From NCBI GenBank assembly GCA_041739995.1, contig JBGSMV010000024.1:28355-92354 (forward strand): a stretch of DNA of 64,000 nucleotides, in the 5' to 3' direction. Made by a program: the position numbers and the translations under genes. This document shows positions 48,478 to 57,987 of this stretch, piece after piece; positions within the stretch are counted from its first letter, which is position 1; every line of letters begins with the position of its first letter. The notes under the pieces are model-generated. The model saw nothing but the letters and a program-made list of their open reading frames with translations, was not told the origin of the DNA and searched no databases. This stretch comes from Bdellovibrionota bacterium. GTDB taxonomy: Bacteria > Bdellovibrionota_C > UBA2361 > JBGSMV01.

Positions 48478-50148
48478 ATGATCATGCACCTTTGCCGTCC
48501 AAACAAGTGGCACCGCACCCTTCTCGTCGTCCTTGGACTGGTACTGTGGATTTCTGGAGTGTCTGAGGCCAGCGCCTCCCCTCGTTCGCCGTTCTCGGGC
48601 ACATTGCGTCAAATCGGCGGTCTCTCCGTCGCTGAATTGCCAGCACGAGAGCCCGCTACGGTTCGCCTTGCCATTTGGTCGCCGCAGCTCGGCTCAGTCA
48701 GTGTATGGCTTCATTCAAGGCAGGGGCGCCAGGCTCCTGGCGATTCAACCCTAGCTTCTGACCCCACACTCCTTAGAGGAATCGCCCGGGTTCCCATTCG
48801 TGGGTCTTTGAGCATGCCGGGAAATTCAGGAACCCGCATCACTCGCCTCGCCACCATTCCCGTAGCAGGCGCGCTCTACCAAGACCCCCAAAGTCTAGAG
48901 ACCCGCCTCTCCGTGACGCTGAAAACCAGTGGCCTCAGTCCACGTCGGGCTCTACGGATATTCAGATTTGAGACTTCCTTTACCGGAAGCAAGAAGGATA
49001 GGCCGTCACCGTCCAAACGGTCGGCACATGTGCGCACCGTAAGCACCAGAGCACTCGGTCAACGTGAGTGTCAGGCTGACCACGCCGCGCTGGCTCAACA
49101 GTCGGCGAGTGCTTCTGCCCACCAAAACTCTGGCAACCAGAACTCTGGCCACAACAGTCCACGAGTGGCTTTCGCGCAAGGCGACTCGTCAGCAGCTACT
49201 CAGCGTGCCATTGAACTAGTTACCGACTGTGACTCAGCCTGCTCTCAATCCCTTGGGGGATCTCGCGCGAACGGGCGGATCGAAGAGTTCGTAAACGAAA
49301 TAAACACGATTTACCCCGAGGAACTTGGTCTGACACTTGTCCTTAAGGATCAGATGCGCCGCACTTCTGACGAGGCCTACCCCCGCAGCATCTCCGTAGC
49401 CTTTGACCTCCTCAAACGTTTTCAGACTGTTGGGGCCGATCTTCCTAGGGCTGACGTAAAGCACCTTCTCACCGGACGCAGCTTAGATTTTGATGTGCTT
49501 GGCCTGGCATTTATCGATGCAGTCTGTGACTCACGAGAGTTCTTCGCCTATGGCCTGACCGCTCACGCAAACAGTCTGCTCCTCCCCATAATTATGGCCC
49601 ACGAGATCGGACACAACCTTGGTGGACGACACGATCCTTCAAATCAGGGCATCATGTCTGCACGTCTCGGACTTCCCCCACCCACCAGCTTTTCCACTTC
49701 CAGTCGTGCTGAAATTAACAGCTATGTTTCCAACAACGCTCTCTCCTGCCTTGATGAGGTACTGCCAGAACTTACTTTTCAATCTTCATTTCGCGGCACC
49801 CGCTTTCGCTCGGCAATTACTCTCCCTTCGGGGTACAGCGGCTGCACTTTGCAACTCTTTTCTGGCCTAAGCCGTTCGCGTCAGCGCAAGCTGCTCTACA
49901 CGCGCGACCTTTCGAGCGGACAGTCTCAGAGCAGTATTGAGCTGTTCGAAGTCTCGAGAGTGCGCCCCCAGACGACTGGCGAGGCCATTCGAGTCTTTCT
50001 TTACCCGCGCGCTTCGTGTACTAGCGGAGGTGATTTGGCGGGCCCATTACGCTCGGTGCGAGTAAATGCCAAGCGTTCATCCCGATCGCTGCTCAAGGGA
50101 GCGCGTCGCTGGATAGGACGTTTGTCGTCCAGACTTGAATCTGAATGA
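48478..50148 (+). CDS. secreted M12 (reprolysin-like) zinc metallopeptidase
   Basis: Signal peptide, HLLTGR, GLAFIDAVC, HEIGHNLGGRHD, GIMS Met-turn. Confidence 0.87.
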   Translation: MIMHLCRPNKWHRTLLVVLGLVLWISGVSEASASPRSPFSGTLRQIGGLSVAELPAREPATVRLAIWSPQLGSVSVWLHSRQGRQAPGDSTLASDPTLLRGIARVPIRGSLSMPGNSGTRITRLATIPVAGALYQDPQSLETRLSVTLKTSGLSPRRALRIFRFETSFTGSKKDRPSPSKRSAHVRTVSTRALGQRECQADHAALAQQSASASAHQNSGNQNSGHNSPRVAFAQGDSSAATQRAIELVTDCDSACSQSLGGSRANGRIEEFVNEINTIYPEELGLTLVLKDQMRRTSDEAYPRSISVAFDLLKRFQTVGADLPRADVKHLLTGRSLDFDVLGLAFIDAVCDSREFFAYGLTAHANSLLLPIIMAHEIGHNLGGRHDPSNQGIMSARLGLPPPTSFSTSSRAEINSYVSNNALSCLDEVLPELTFQSSFRGTRFRSAITLPSGYSGCTLQLFSGLSRSRQRKLLYTRDLSSGQSQSSIELFEVSRVRPQTTGEAIRVFLYPRASCTSGGDLAGPLRSVRVNAKRSSRSLLKGARRWIGRLSSRLESE

Positions 50149-50228
50149 GCCCCTCGGTCTCAACTTCGGTGTTACCGGCATTGAGACCTTCCTTCTTAGA
50201 AACCAGAGATTAGTAAAGCAACAACCAT

Positions 50229-51083
50229 ATGGAACAAGTCCCACATAATTTTCTTGGCATCCCTGCAGAGTTTTCGAACTACGACTCAAGCAAGTGCGTC
50301 ATCCTTCCTATTCCCTTTGACGGCACCAGCACGTTCATGAAAGGCGCAGACCAGGGCCCTGCTGCCCTCATTCGAGCCTCTCAACAGGTTGAGTTCTACG
50401 ATATTGAAAGTGCGCGCGAGCCCTACCGAGTTGGCATCCACACAGCTGCCCCGGTGGATGAAAAAACGGGAGTCGCGGTGAATAGAGAAGCTGAGCGACG
50501 CGTCTCGAAGTATCTCGGGGATTCGAAATTTGTCCTTGCGCTCGGTGGTGAGCACTCCGTCTCGCTTGGCCCGGTGCGTGCCCATGCGGCGCGCTACAAG
50601 AATCTCTCAATCCTCCAGCTTGATGCACACGCAGATCTGAGAGAGCAGTACCATGATGATCCGCTAAACCACGCCTGCATTATGGCGCGCTGTAAGGAGT
50701 TTATTCCTACGATTGTACAAGTGGGAATCCGCAGCATGGATGCCACCGAGGCGCAGGCCAACCGGGCAGATCACGTATTCCTTGCCGAACAACTTAACCA
50801 GGATTCTAACTGGATCGAAAGAGCAGTAAGTCTTCTCACTGATGAAGTCTACGTGACGATTGACCTCGACGTTTTCGACCCTTCGTTGATGCCTTCGACC
50901 GGCACCCCAGAACCAGGTGGCATGGGCTGGTATGAGGTGCTTCGATTGCTCAAACGAGTGTCGGAGCGAAAGCGCATTGTCGGCGCCGATATCGTTGAGC
51001 TTTGCCCAGGAGAAACACAGGGACCCGATTTTATCGCTGCCAAGTTAGCCTATAAGCTACTAAGCTACGCGACTAAACCTTAG
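50229..51083 (+). CDS. speB: agmatinase
   Basis: GGEHS, LDAHADL, DLDVFDP, TGTPEPGG. Confidence 0.93.
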   Translation: MEQVPHNFLGIPAEFSNYDSSKCVILPIPFDGTSTFMKGADQGPAALIRASQQVEFYDIESAREPYRVGIHTAAPVDEKTGVAVNREAERRVSKYLGDSKFVLALGGEHSVSLGPVRAHAARYKNLSILQLDAHADLREQYHDDPLNHACIMARCKEFIPTIVQVGIRSMDATEAQANRADHVFLAEQLNQDSNWIERAVSLLTDEVYVTIDLDVFDPSLMPSTGTPEPGGMGWYEVLRLLKRVSERKRIVGADIVELCPGETQGPDFIAAKLAYKLLSYATKP

Positions 51084-51109
51084 TTTTCGTAGCTAACGTG
51101 GGACGCTCG

Positions 51110-51529
51110 ATGCGACACGACCTTGCCTCCGCTAAAGCACCCTCTACTCGCAAAAAGTCCTCACGCTCAGCGTTTCGTACGAATCCGCGCAGCTCGTATA
51201 TTTTTGCTGGCCTGGCGCTCTGGGCGTTGGTCTATCTGGGTACTGTACAGTTCTTAGAGCTCAGCCTGCTCTATGCGGTCGCCGCCTCACTCAATATCGC
51301 CACCTTTATATTAGCTGCTTTTGACAAAGCCATCTCGCCGACCAAGCTGGTGCGTGTTCCCGAATCGATTTTTTGGGGGGCGGCCGCCCTCGGGGGAAGT
51401 GTGGGGCTGCTGCTTGCTATGGAACTGTGTAGACATAAAACGTCAAAGGCGAAGTTTCAATTGATCCTCGCCATAGTAGCGCTGGCTCAAGTTGCTCTAT
51501 TCTCCCACTTCTTTGGTCACGAGGCATGA
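51110..51529 (+). CDS. DUF1294 family membrane protein
   Basis: DKAI..RVPE..LGGSVG..RHKTSKAKF. Confidence 0.85.
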   Translation: MRHDLASAKAPSTRKKSSRSAFRTNPRSSYIFAGLALWALVYLGTVQFLELSLLYAVAASLNIATFILAAFDKAISPTKLVRVPESIFWGAAALGGSVGLLLAMELCRHKTSKAKFQLILAIVALAQVALFSHFFGHEA

Positions 51530-52554
51530 TCGACAACAAACCCCGCTCAACTGCTCCGCAACAAACTGCACCGCAACAAATTCACAAACCAAGTAGAGCA
51601 GGCCTCATCTCTCTAGTGGTCGGACTGATAGTGCTGGGCGTTAAGTTCTGGGGCTACGCTCTCACCAACTCTCAAGTAGTTCTCTCTGATGCGCTCGAGA
51701 GCATTGTCAACGTGATCGCTTCTGGCGTTGCACTCTTCGCGCTGCGCTATGCAGCCACACCTCCCGACCAAAAGCACCCCTACGGTCACGGCAAGGGGGA
51801 GTTTTTCTCTGCGGCATTTGAAGGCGGCCTCATCGTTTTCGCCTCGGTAATGATAATTGCTGATTCAACCCGTGCGCTGATTCTAGGGCATGAGTTACGG
51901 GCAATTGATTTCGGCATGTTGATTGTGATCGTCGCGGGGACGCTGAATCTTATGCTTGCACTATACTTGTTACGTGTAGGCCGTATGGCGGGTTCCGCTT
52001 CGCTGGAAGCGAGTGGACAGCATTTGCTGTCAGACGTGTGGACTACTGGTGCCTCACTGGTGGGGTTGCTCGTCGTTCGTGCTACAGGGGTTAGCGCTCT
52101 TGACGCCCTTCTAGGGATCGCTGCTGGCGCCTACCTGGGAATTGTTGGTGCAAAAATATTGCGCGGCTCTATCGGGGGCCTTCTTGACGAGAATAATCGA
52201 GACGTTCTCTCCTCCCTGGCACAAGCGTTTAACGTGGTGCAACACCCCGGCATTATCGGTGTGCACGGCGCCCGCATCATGCGTGCCGGAAACTACCACT
52301 ACATAGATGCGCACGTGATTGTGCCCGAATTCTGGGACGTGCAGAGATCTCACGACGAGGTGAATGCCTTTGAACGCAAGGCAATTGAGCACTACCGCTA
52401 CTCAGGAGAGATCCATTTTCATATCGATCCCTGTCGACGCGACTACTGTCGAAAGTGCATATTGGCGAACTGCCCCGTGCGTCAAGAAGAGTTCTCGGAG
52501 CGGATTCACCATTCGCTCGAAGAAGTTTCGGCGAAGTCGTCATCGAAAGAATAG
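51526..52554 (+). CDS. cation diffusion facilitator (CDF) transporter
   Basis: LSDALES, PPDQKHPYGHGKGE, HLLSDVWT, HIDPC with Cys-rich tail. Confidence 0.93.
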   Translation: MIDNKPRSTAPQQTAPQQIHKPSRAGLISLVVGLIVLGVKFWGYALTNSQVVLSDALESIVNVIASGVALFALRYAATPPDQKHPYGHGKGEFFSAAFEGGLIVFASVMIIADSTRALILGHELRAIDFGMLIVIVAGTLNLMLALYLLRVGRMAGSASLEASGQHLLSDVWTTGASLVGLLVVRATGVSALDALLGIAAGAYLGIVGAKILRGSIGGLLDENNRDVLSSLAQAFNVVQHPGIIGVHGARIMRAGNYHYIDAHVIVPEFWDVQRSHDEVNAFERKAIEHYRYSGEIHFHIDPCRRDYCRKCILANCPVRQEEFSERIHHSLEEVSAKSSSKE

Positions 52555-52572
52555 TTTTAGGACGTCTACCAG

Positions 52573-53121
52573 TTAGGCAGCTTTCTTTACGTCTGAAGAC
52601 GTTGAGGTTGAAGGCTTCGAGCGCGGAAGCTTTATCCATCCGAAGGCCGCACCACTCTTTCGCTGCGAAGCAGCTTGGGCGGTTACGTATGGGTTTCCTC
52701 GAATGGCAATTGCCCAAAATGCAGAGCCTACAACCGCTGTGTAGATCAGTGTAGGAATTGCCATCATGTAGACAAAGTAGAACATTCTAAAATCACTTAG
52801 TGCCGCACCAAGATTAATAGAAGGGGCGAAGTGAACGAGTAGTTCTGTCGAAGCAGCCACCATCAAAAGCGCGGAGATGCCGCACAACACGGAAGCCTTA
52901 AGGAACTGCGAACGGGACAGCAACGAATCTCTGCGAGCGACTTCAAGAACCAGCCACAAGAAGGCGAAGGTGGTCACTACCAGCGGGAGTACCATCAATC
53001 CAGTTACAAATAGGTTGCCCCCAGAGTAGGCGAGAAGCCCAAGAAGCGGGGCAATAAAGCTAATGCTGATATATCCAAATGCTAACCGTATCATTGAGCC
53101 CTCATCGATGTTCGACAGCAT
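52573..53121 (-). CDS. hypothetical membrane protein
   Basis: Four hydrophobic segments; no recognised motif. Confidence 0.65.
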   Translation of the reverse strand: MLSNIDEGSMIRLAFGYISISFIAPLLGLLAYSGGNLFVTGLMVLPLVVTTFAFLWLVLEVARRDSLLSRSQFLKASVLCGISALLMVAASTELLVHFAPSINLGAALSDFRMFYFVYMMAIPTLIYTAVVGSAFWAIAIRGNPYVTAQAASQRKSGAAFGWIKLPRSKPSTSTSSDVKKAA

Positions 53122-53283
53122 ACCGATTACTAAAACCTCTTACAGCCTGAAATCTACACCCTCTATTCCCTCACTCTCCAGCTCCTGCTTCCACCAAACT
53201 TTATAGTGGTTTCTCGTAGGCTTCCCAAGGTATGGTTCATTCTAGTAAATTCACAGCGTTGCATCGCCTTCTATCAGTCCATC

Positions 53284-54024
53284 ATGACCAGCAGAACAGA
53301 TATATCTGGCAAAATGGCAAGCAAACAGCCCTTCGGGGCGGGCACATTCGAGGCGCTTATCGTGGTCGGGCTCTTCGCTGCGGTACTGGCGGCAACCGCC
53401 TACTATCTACGAAGCGTGCTTCCAAAGTTACAGGCCCAGGCCAAGCTTAACTTTCAGCTCGAGGTGGGAGCGATGAACAAGGCCAAGCTTGGGCTTACCG
53501 TTGGCAGCCCCCGCCCACCTTCCACCGATCCACGCGACTGGCTGATTGGCAACAGTTCATTGCCGGTGATAGGCCCGCGTTCTTGGTTTTCCTTCCCCTA
53601 CACCCCTGACGGCGAGAATATTCCCAACTTCGAAGATGAACTGAATGGCCTAATCGGTATTCTCTCCGCCTCCACACCTCGCACTGAATCAGATACTCGG
53701 CATTGGTGCGTCGCACTGATTGACCCGTTCCTGGATTTGCTCGACAACGAATGTGCGATCAGCGAGAAGCACCTGCTCCCCGGCGGAGACGCGCTTAGTC
53801 CCAATGGACAATGCAACATTGGTCCCTCATTGCCCTGTCTCAGACGTCGTTCCCAGTGGATACTGCAAAGATACGGCTGTGTGAGCGCGAACAACGCAGG
53901 CGAACGACCTCTGTTAGTAGGGCTGTACCCGACTCAAGATGGAATGGAATCGCTGTCAGCCACAGATGCGTGCGTGGTAAGGGAAGTTTCCTCCGAGTGG
54001 ACTTGGGATGTTCGAGATCCGTAG
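53284..54024 (+). CDS. Tad-type pseudopilin-like protein
   Basis: G|AGTFEALIVVGLF (Gly-1, Glu+5), TM helix, Cys-rich C-terminal domain. Start uncertain (53284 or 53314). Confidence 0.55.
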   Translation: MTSRTDISGKMASKQPFGAGTFEALIVVGLFAAVLAATAYYLRSVLPKLQAQAKLNFQLEVGAMNKAKLGLTVGSPRPPSTDPRDWLIGNSSLPVIGPRSWFSFPYTPDGENIPNFEDELNGLIGILSASTPRTESDTRHWCVALIDPFLDLLDNECAISEKHLLPGGDALSPNGQCNIGPSLPCLRRRSQWILQRYGCVSANNAGERPLLVGLYPTQDGMESLSATDACVVREVSSEWTWDVRDP

Positions 54025-54032
54025 GAAAAGTA

Positions 54033-54926
54033 ATGGTGATTGATTTGAATTATACACCGCAACGTCGACCGACTCGCTCGACCGCGCCCCTCACAGCGAT
54101 CGTATCAGGAACAACATCAGTGACTGGATCAGAGACACAACGCGGTTCGGTTTTTCTTGAGCTACTTTGGACGCTGCCGGCGTTTGCGGCGGGCCTTGCC
54201 TTGATTCTCTTTCTTGGTGTCCAGATCAATGCTCGCTCGGCACTCCAAGATGCAGTGACGAGCGGTCTTGGTCTTGCGGTAACCCGCGCACACGGGATTG
54301 AAGGGAGACCCGGCGCACTGGAAGCAGTCGACAATTACGTAAATTTGGTGCACAGCAAAGAAGCCCCCGCGGGAAGTCAAGAACTCACTTCGCTCAGCCG
54401 CTTGATTGTTTCACGCGAACACGCCGACTGGATTTCGTCACCTGAGCTTGAAACAAATCTATCTTCAGCCTACGCCTTTACCTTTTACGATCCGGACTAT
54501 AACCCTGCGAATCCTGGTGCCATTCCTCTTTTCTCCTCCCCTTCTCCTACCCAGCTCTATGCGCTTGCCTACATCTTTCAGGCGATGGAACTTCATACAC
54601 TTGGAGACGTAGTGTTCCCCTGTGATCCGCGCGCTATGCGACCCGGATGTCTTAGCTGTAGATTTTTCCCCGGTGGTGATGCTGCTCGCGCCTCTGGCAA
54701 TCCGAATCAGTTTTCTAATCCTGGAAACACGTCTTTTGATGAAATATTTAACAGAGCTTCTCCTAATCAACGGATTACTTTAAAGGAGCGCCGCATTTCC
54801 ATCTCCTGTTTTTATCGCCCTAAACATATATTCATCGACTTGCTTGTTGCGATAGCCGAACCCCTCGGGCTTAACGTTTCAAGCTTTGGAACCGTAGGCG
54901 CGGTGGCTGCGATTGATAACCGGTAA
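54033..54926 (+). CDS. TadE-like pseudopilin
   Basis: QRG|SVFLELLWTLP, TM helix, ARSALQDAVTSGLGLA. Confidence 0.7.
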   Translation: MVIDLNYTPQRRPTRSTAPLTAIVSGTTSVTGSETQRGSVFLELLWTLPAFAAGLALILFLGVQINARSALQDAVTSGLGLAVTRAHGIEGRPGALEAVDNYVNLVHSKEAPAGSQELTSLSRLIVSREHADWISSPELETNLSSAYAFTFYDPDYNPANPGAIPLFSSPSPTQLYALAYIFQAMELHTLGDVVFPCDPRAMRPGCLSCRFFPGGDAARASGNPNQFSNPGNTSFDEIFNRASPNQRITLKERRISISCFYRPKHIFIDLLVAIAEPLGLNVSSFGTVGAVAAIDNR

Positions 54927-54933
54927 AGGTACA

Positions 54934-57504
54934 ATGATGTTTCCTTGTTGGTTCACACAGAGGGCATGCAGAACTCGCAGCAACACATCGCGTAGCGGTG
55001 AGCGTGGCGTGTTCGTGCCTTTGGCCTCTGTTATTCTTGCAGGCGTGGTCTCTCTTCTGTTCGCTGCAGGAGTGGACTCCACCCTAGCGCGCATCACTCG
55101 ATCCTCTCTGCAGAACATTGCCAATACGGTGTGCCACTCACTCGCCTACGAGGCTGTGTCGCCCGACATCGTGGCACCTGCCTTTAGGATTGGCATGCAG
55201 GCTCATGAGGCCGATCTGCAGTTTGGGAAGTTCTCAGACGTGACGTTGATTATGGCGCTCCCGAATGAGAGCACACTCCAATCAGTCGACCTCTCAAAGA
55301 TATGCTCCAACGAAGATGTTACTAGCCTCGACGATCCAGATGACCCAATCGCCGCTTCAGCCGGCGGCGCACAGTCGCCCCCATTTGGAAACTTCGAAGA
55401 CTTTAGATTACCGAAGTGTACGTTTCAGGGCGACCCCGACCTCGATTGCATACTGTGGGCCTACCCCAACTTACAACTTCCGGCTGGAATTCCTGTAGCA
55501 TTCAAGGAGGCCCTGATTCCTGGACGCGGCCTGGGCTGTTCGCTCTCCGCGGAGGTTCAACGTTACTCTTTCGGTGAACCGATAACCGTTTCCGCCCAAG
55601 CCATTTACTCATCTCTGCATATAGACGATCGCTCTCCGAACTCTCCCCGAGCTCCTCTGGGGCTACGTATTGCCATCTCTACCCAACTGACCACTCCATC
55701 GTTAGAATTAGGTTCGCCGACAGACGACTTTGATGTAGAGACATTTCCGCTCACTTTCGGAGCTATGGTCAGAGAAATCGGCAGCTCATCTGCACTCGAT
55801 CCATGGATAGTGAACTACGATCCGTTTTGTGCACCTCCTCCTGATGACGCCAGTCCGTGGTGCAAAACTTATCGCAATGCCACAACGCCGCCTTCAATCG
55901 AAACGAGTCACCTTCGTGCCTTCACCGCGCCTCGTCCGAAAGACCCTTTGAGCAGCGATGCATTCTCTCGGGGAGGGCCCGCCTTGAGTGAGACGCAGCG
56001 TCAAGAGCTGCTGATAGGTTGTATGAACCCTCCGGTACTAATTCGAAACATCATTTCAAGCACGCTTGTTTCGCTTGCGGCACGCGACTCTGTACTTCGA
56101 CGACACACTGAGATTGTGCACATCAATCCTATGGATATTCTTGTGCAGCAGGACACCTCGAAATCTTGGCTGGCAGACAATCGTCCAAGTACCGTTCTTG
56201 TTCCGATGGGTACTGACATCACTCGCCGAGAATTCCAGATTCCTTTTGTGGAATTTCGACAAGATCCCGTTTTCAAGGAGGGAAACTTGGTGCGCCTAGG
56301 CATTGGCCCGATCGACACGAAAAAAAATCGTTCTGCTGGTGAAATATTTCCATTTTATGAAACTTCTCCATCTGAACCTCATCAACTGTATACTCAAGGC
56401 AATCAGCTCGCTCACTCCGAACTCTCCAACCAACTGCGACGCTGCCTCCATCTCTATGTCGGCGCTAATGACGGGGCTCCTACCCAAACAAAGGACAGGC
56501 GCGGCATCGGGGCACTCTTTGATTCTAGACTTTCCCCGTCGCCCTACGGGCTACTTAGCGCGCTAGACAATGGGGCCTTTAGTTTCGATCCAGTGCTGTA
56601 CCACGGGTCGGGTGACACCGAGAATAGCGGGCGGTACCGCGGACTACCGGGGGCAGAAACGGGGCGAATTCTTGAGGAGATAGATCCCGAACATAGCGCG
56701 GTATCAGGTCCTCTTGCTCAGGCACAAGGGCCAGAAGAGGCCTGGAATCCAGTTCCCCCATCGGAAATGAATTCTCGACGTCTTAACGCGGTGGAGCTTG
56801 TCTCAGTACTGGGAAGTTCTCAGCGTTGTCCGTATACGAGTATAAGTAACCCTGGCGGAGCATCTCTCTGCCCCCCGGAGGAATCTCGATCGGCAACTGA
56901 GTATTCAAAGGAACTTCTCTACTTTTACAACTTACACGATCTCAAACCTGATTACGCCTCTCTGCTTTTAGCAATCACCCCACCCCTCTCCACGGACCGG
57001 GCCTCAATAAACCCTCTTTCTCCAGCCGCCTCTCCACAGCCGGCATTTGGACATACCCCGCTCACGGCCTCCAATGTTCGGTGTAATGATGCTGCCTTGG
57101 TCGTCATCACTCACCAATTTTCAGTTGCGGGCTCCCCCGATTCGGTATTCAGCAACACCGATTCTGGGGAGAGTCTCTTCAGTAGGTTTCGCTCAGATCC
57201 AGATAAGAGTGGCACCCCGCTCACTATCGCCCTCGTGCCCACACGCTCCTCGTCGCCTGAAATTGAAAAACTTCGAGAGTATATCTTTCATGGCGGACTC
57301 GAAGACGATCCGATGGTAAACGTCCTTGTCTTTGCCCCAGCGGGGTGCCTCGACAAGTCCAGCCTCACCACCTGCACCGATTCCGACTACCACAAGTACT
57401 GGGGCGAGATTTTGGACCCTGATTCTCCCAATTACTTGCCAACGTTCATTCGACGATTTTTTATACAGCGCCTCAGCCGACAGGAGGCAAAGCGAGTTCT
57501 ATGA
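54934..57504 (+). CDS. large TadG-like protein (putative pilus tip adhesin)
   Basis: ERG|VFVPLASVIL..GVDS..RSSLQNIAN N-terminus; about 850 aa, Cys/Pro-rich. Confidence 0.65.
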   Translation: MMFPCWFTQRACRTRSNTSRSGERGVFVPLASVILAGVVSLLFAAGVDSTLARITRSSLQNIANTVCHSLAYEAVSPDIVAPAFRIGMQAHEADLQFGKFSDVTLIMALPNESTLQSVDLSKICSNEDVTSLDDPDDPIAASAGGAQSPPFGNFEDFRLPKCTFQGDPDLDCILWAYPNLQLPAGIPVAFKEALIPGRGLGCSLSAEVQRYSFGEPITVSAQAIYSSLHIDDRSPNSPRAPLGLRIAISTQLTTPSLELGSPTDDFDVETFPLTFGAMVREIGSSSALDPWIVNYDPFCAPPPDDASPWCKTYRNATTPPSIETSHLRAFTAPRPKDPLSSDAFSRGGPALSETQRQELLIGCMNPPVLIRNIISSTLVSLAARDSVLRRHTEIVHINPMDILVQQDTSKSWLADNRPSTVLVPMGTDITRREFQIPFVEFRQDPVFKEGNLVRLGIGPIDTKKNRSAGEIFPFYETSPSEPHQLYTQGNQLAHSELSNQLRRCLHLYVGANDGAPTQTKDRRGIGALFDSRLSPSPYGLLSALDNGAFSFDPVLYHGSGDTENSGRYRGLPGAETGRILEEIDPEHSAVSGPLAQAQGPEEAWNPVPPSEMNSRRLNAVELVSVLGSSQRCPYTSISNPGGASLCPPEESRSATEYSKELLYFYNLHDLKPDYASLLLAITPPLSTDRASINPLSPAASPQPAFGHTPLTASNVRCNDAALVVITHQFSVAGSPDSVFSNTDSGESLFSRFRSDPDKSGTPLTIALVPTRSSSPEIEKLREYIFHGGLEDDPMVNVLVFAPAGCLDKSSLTTCTDSDYHKYWGEILDPDSPNYLPTFIRRFFIQRLSRQEAKRVL

Positions 57505-57779
57505 GACGAATTCCCCAACGAGGCGCAGCAATGCTCGACTATGTACTTGCATCTTCAGTCCTGTTCTTTCTCGCCGCCTCTCTGGTGACCCTGATCGACA
57601 AAATGGCCGCTGGGTACTATCAAGCTGCTCGCATAGCGGCGGGAAATCCTGCGAATGCTGTTGGCCAACCAATAGAGTCGATAGGTTTTCATGGTGGATT
57701 TGCTCCCTGCGGACCACACAGCGCTCTTGGCAATCCAAATGAGGCCGGCGTGCTTCAGAACCCAGAAGAGTGCCTTTAG
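57501..57779 (+). CDS. Flp-like small prepilin
   Basis: QRG|AAMLDYVLA (DY in place of EY), hydrophobic helix; ATGA overlap with the upstream gene. Confidence 0.65.
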   Translation: MRRIPQRGAAMLDYVLASSVLFFLAASLVTLIDKMAAGYYQAARIAAGNPANAVGQPIESIGFHGGFAPCGPHSALGNPNEAGVLQNPEECL

Positions 57780-57987
57780 AAGGTAGAGAGTCGTTACCTG
57801 CATCCCGCTTGATCGAGCGGCTTCATCGGCCAGTTTCATGGGCCGGCCGCACCGCTCTCTTCAGTGCGCGGTAGCGCTGCTCTCCCCGGATCACCTAGCC
57901 TCCTCACCAGCATCTTATTGCGAACTTTGCACTCAAGAGACTTCGCGGGTACTCTAACCACCAGTTATTCGCGGGTTTTATATCGAT

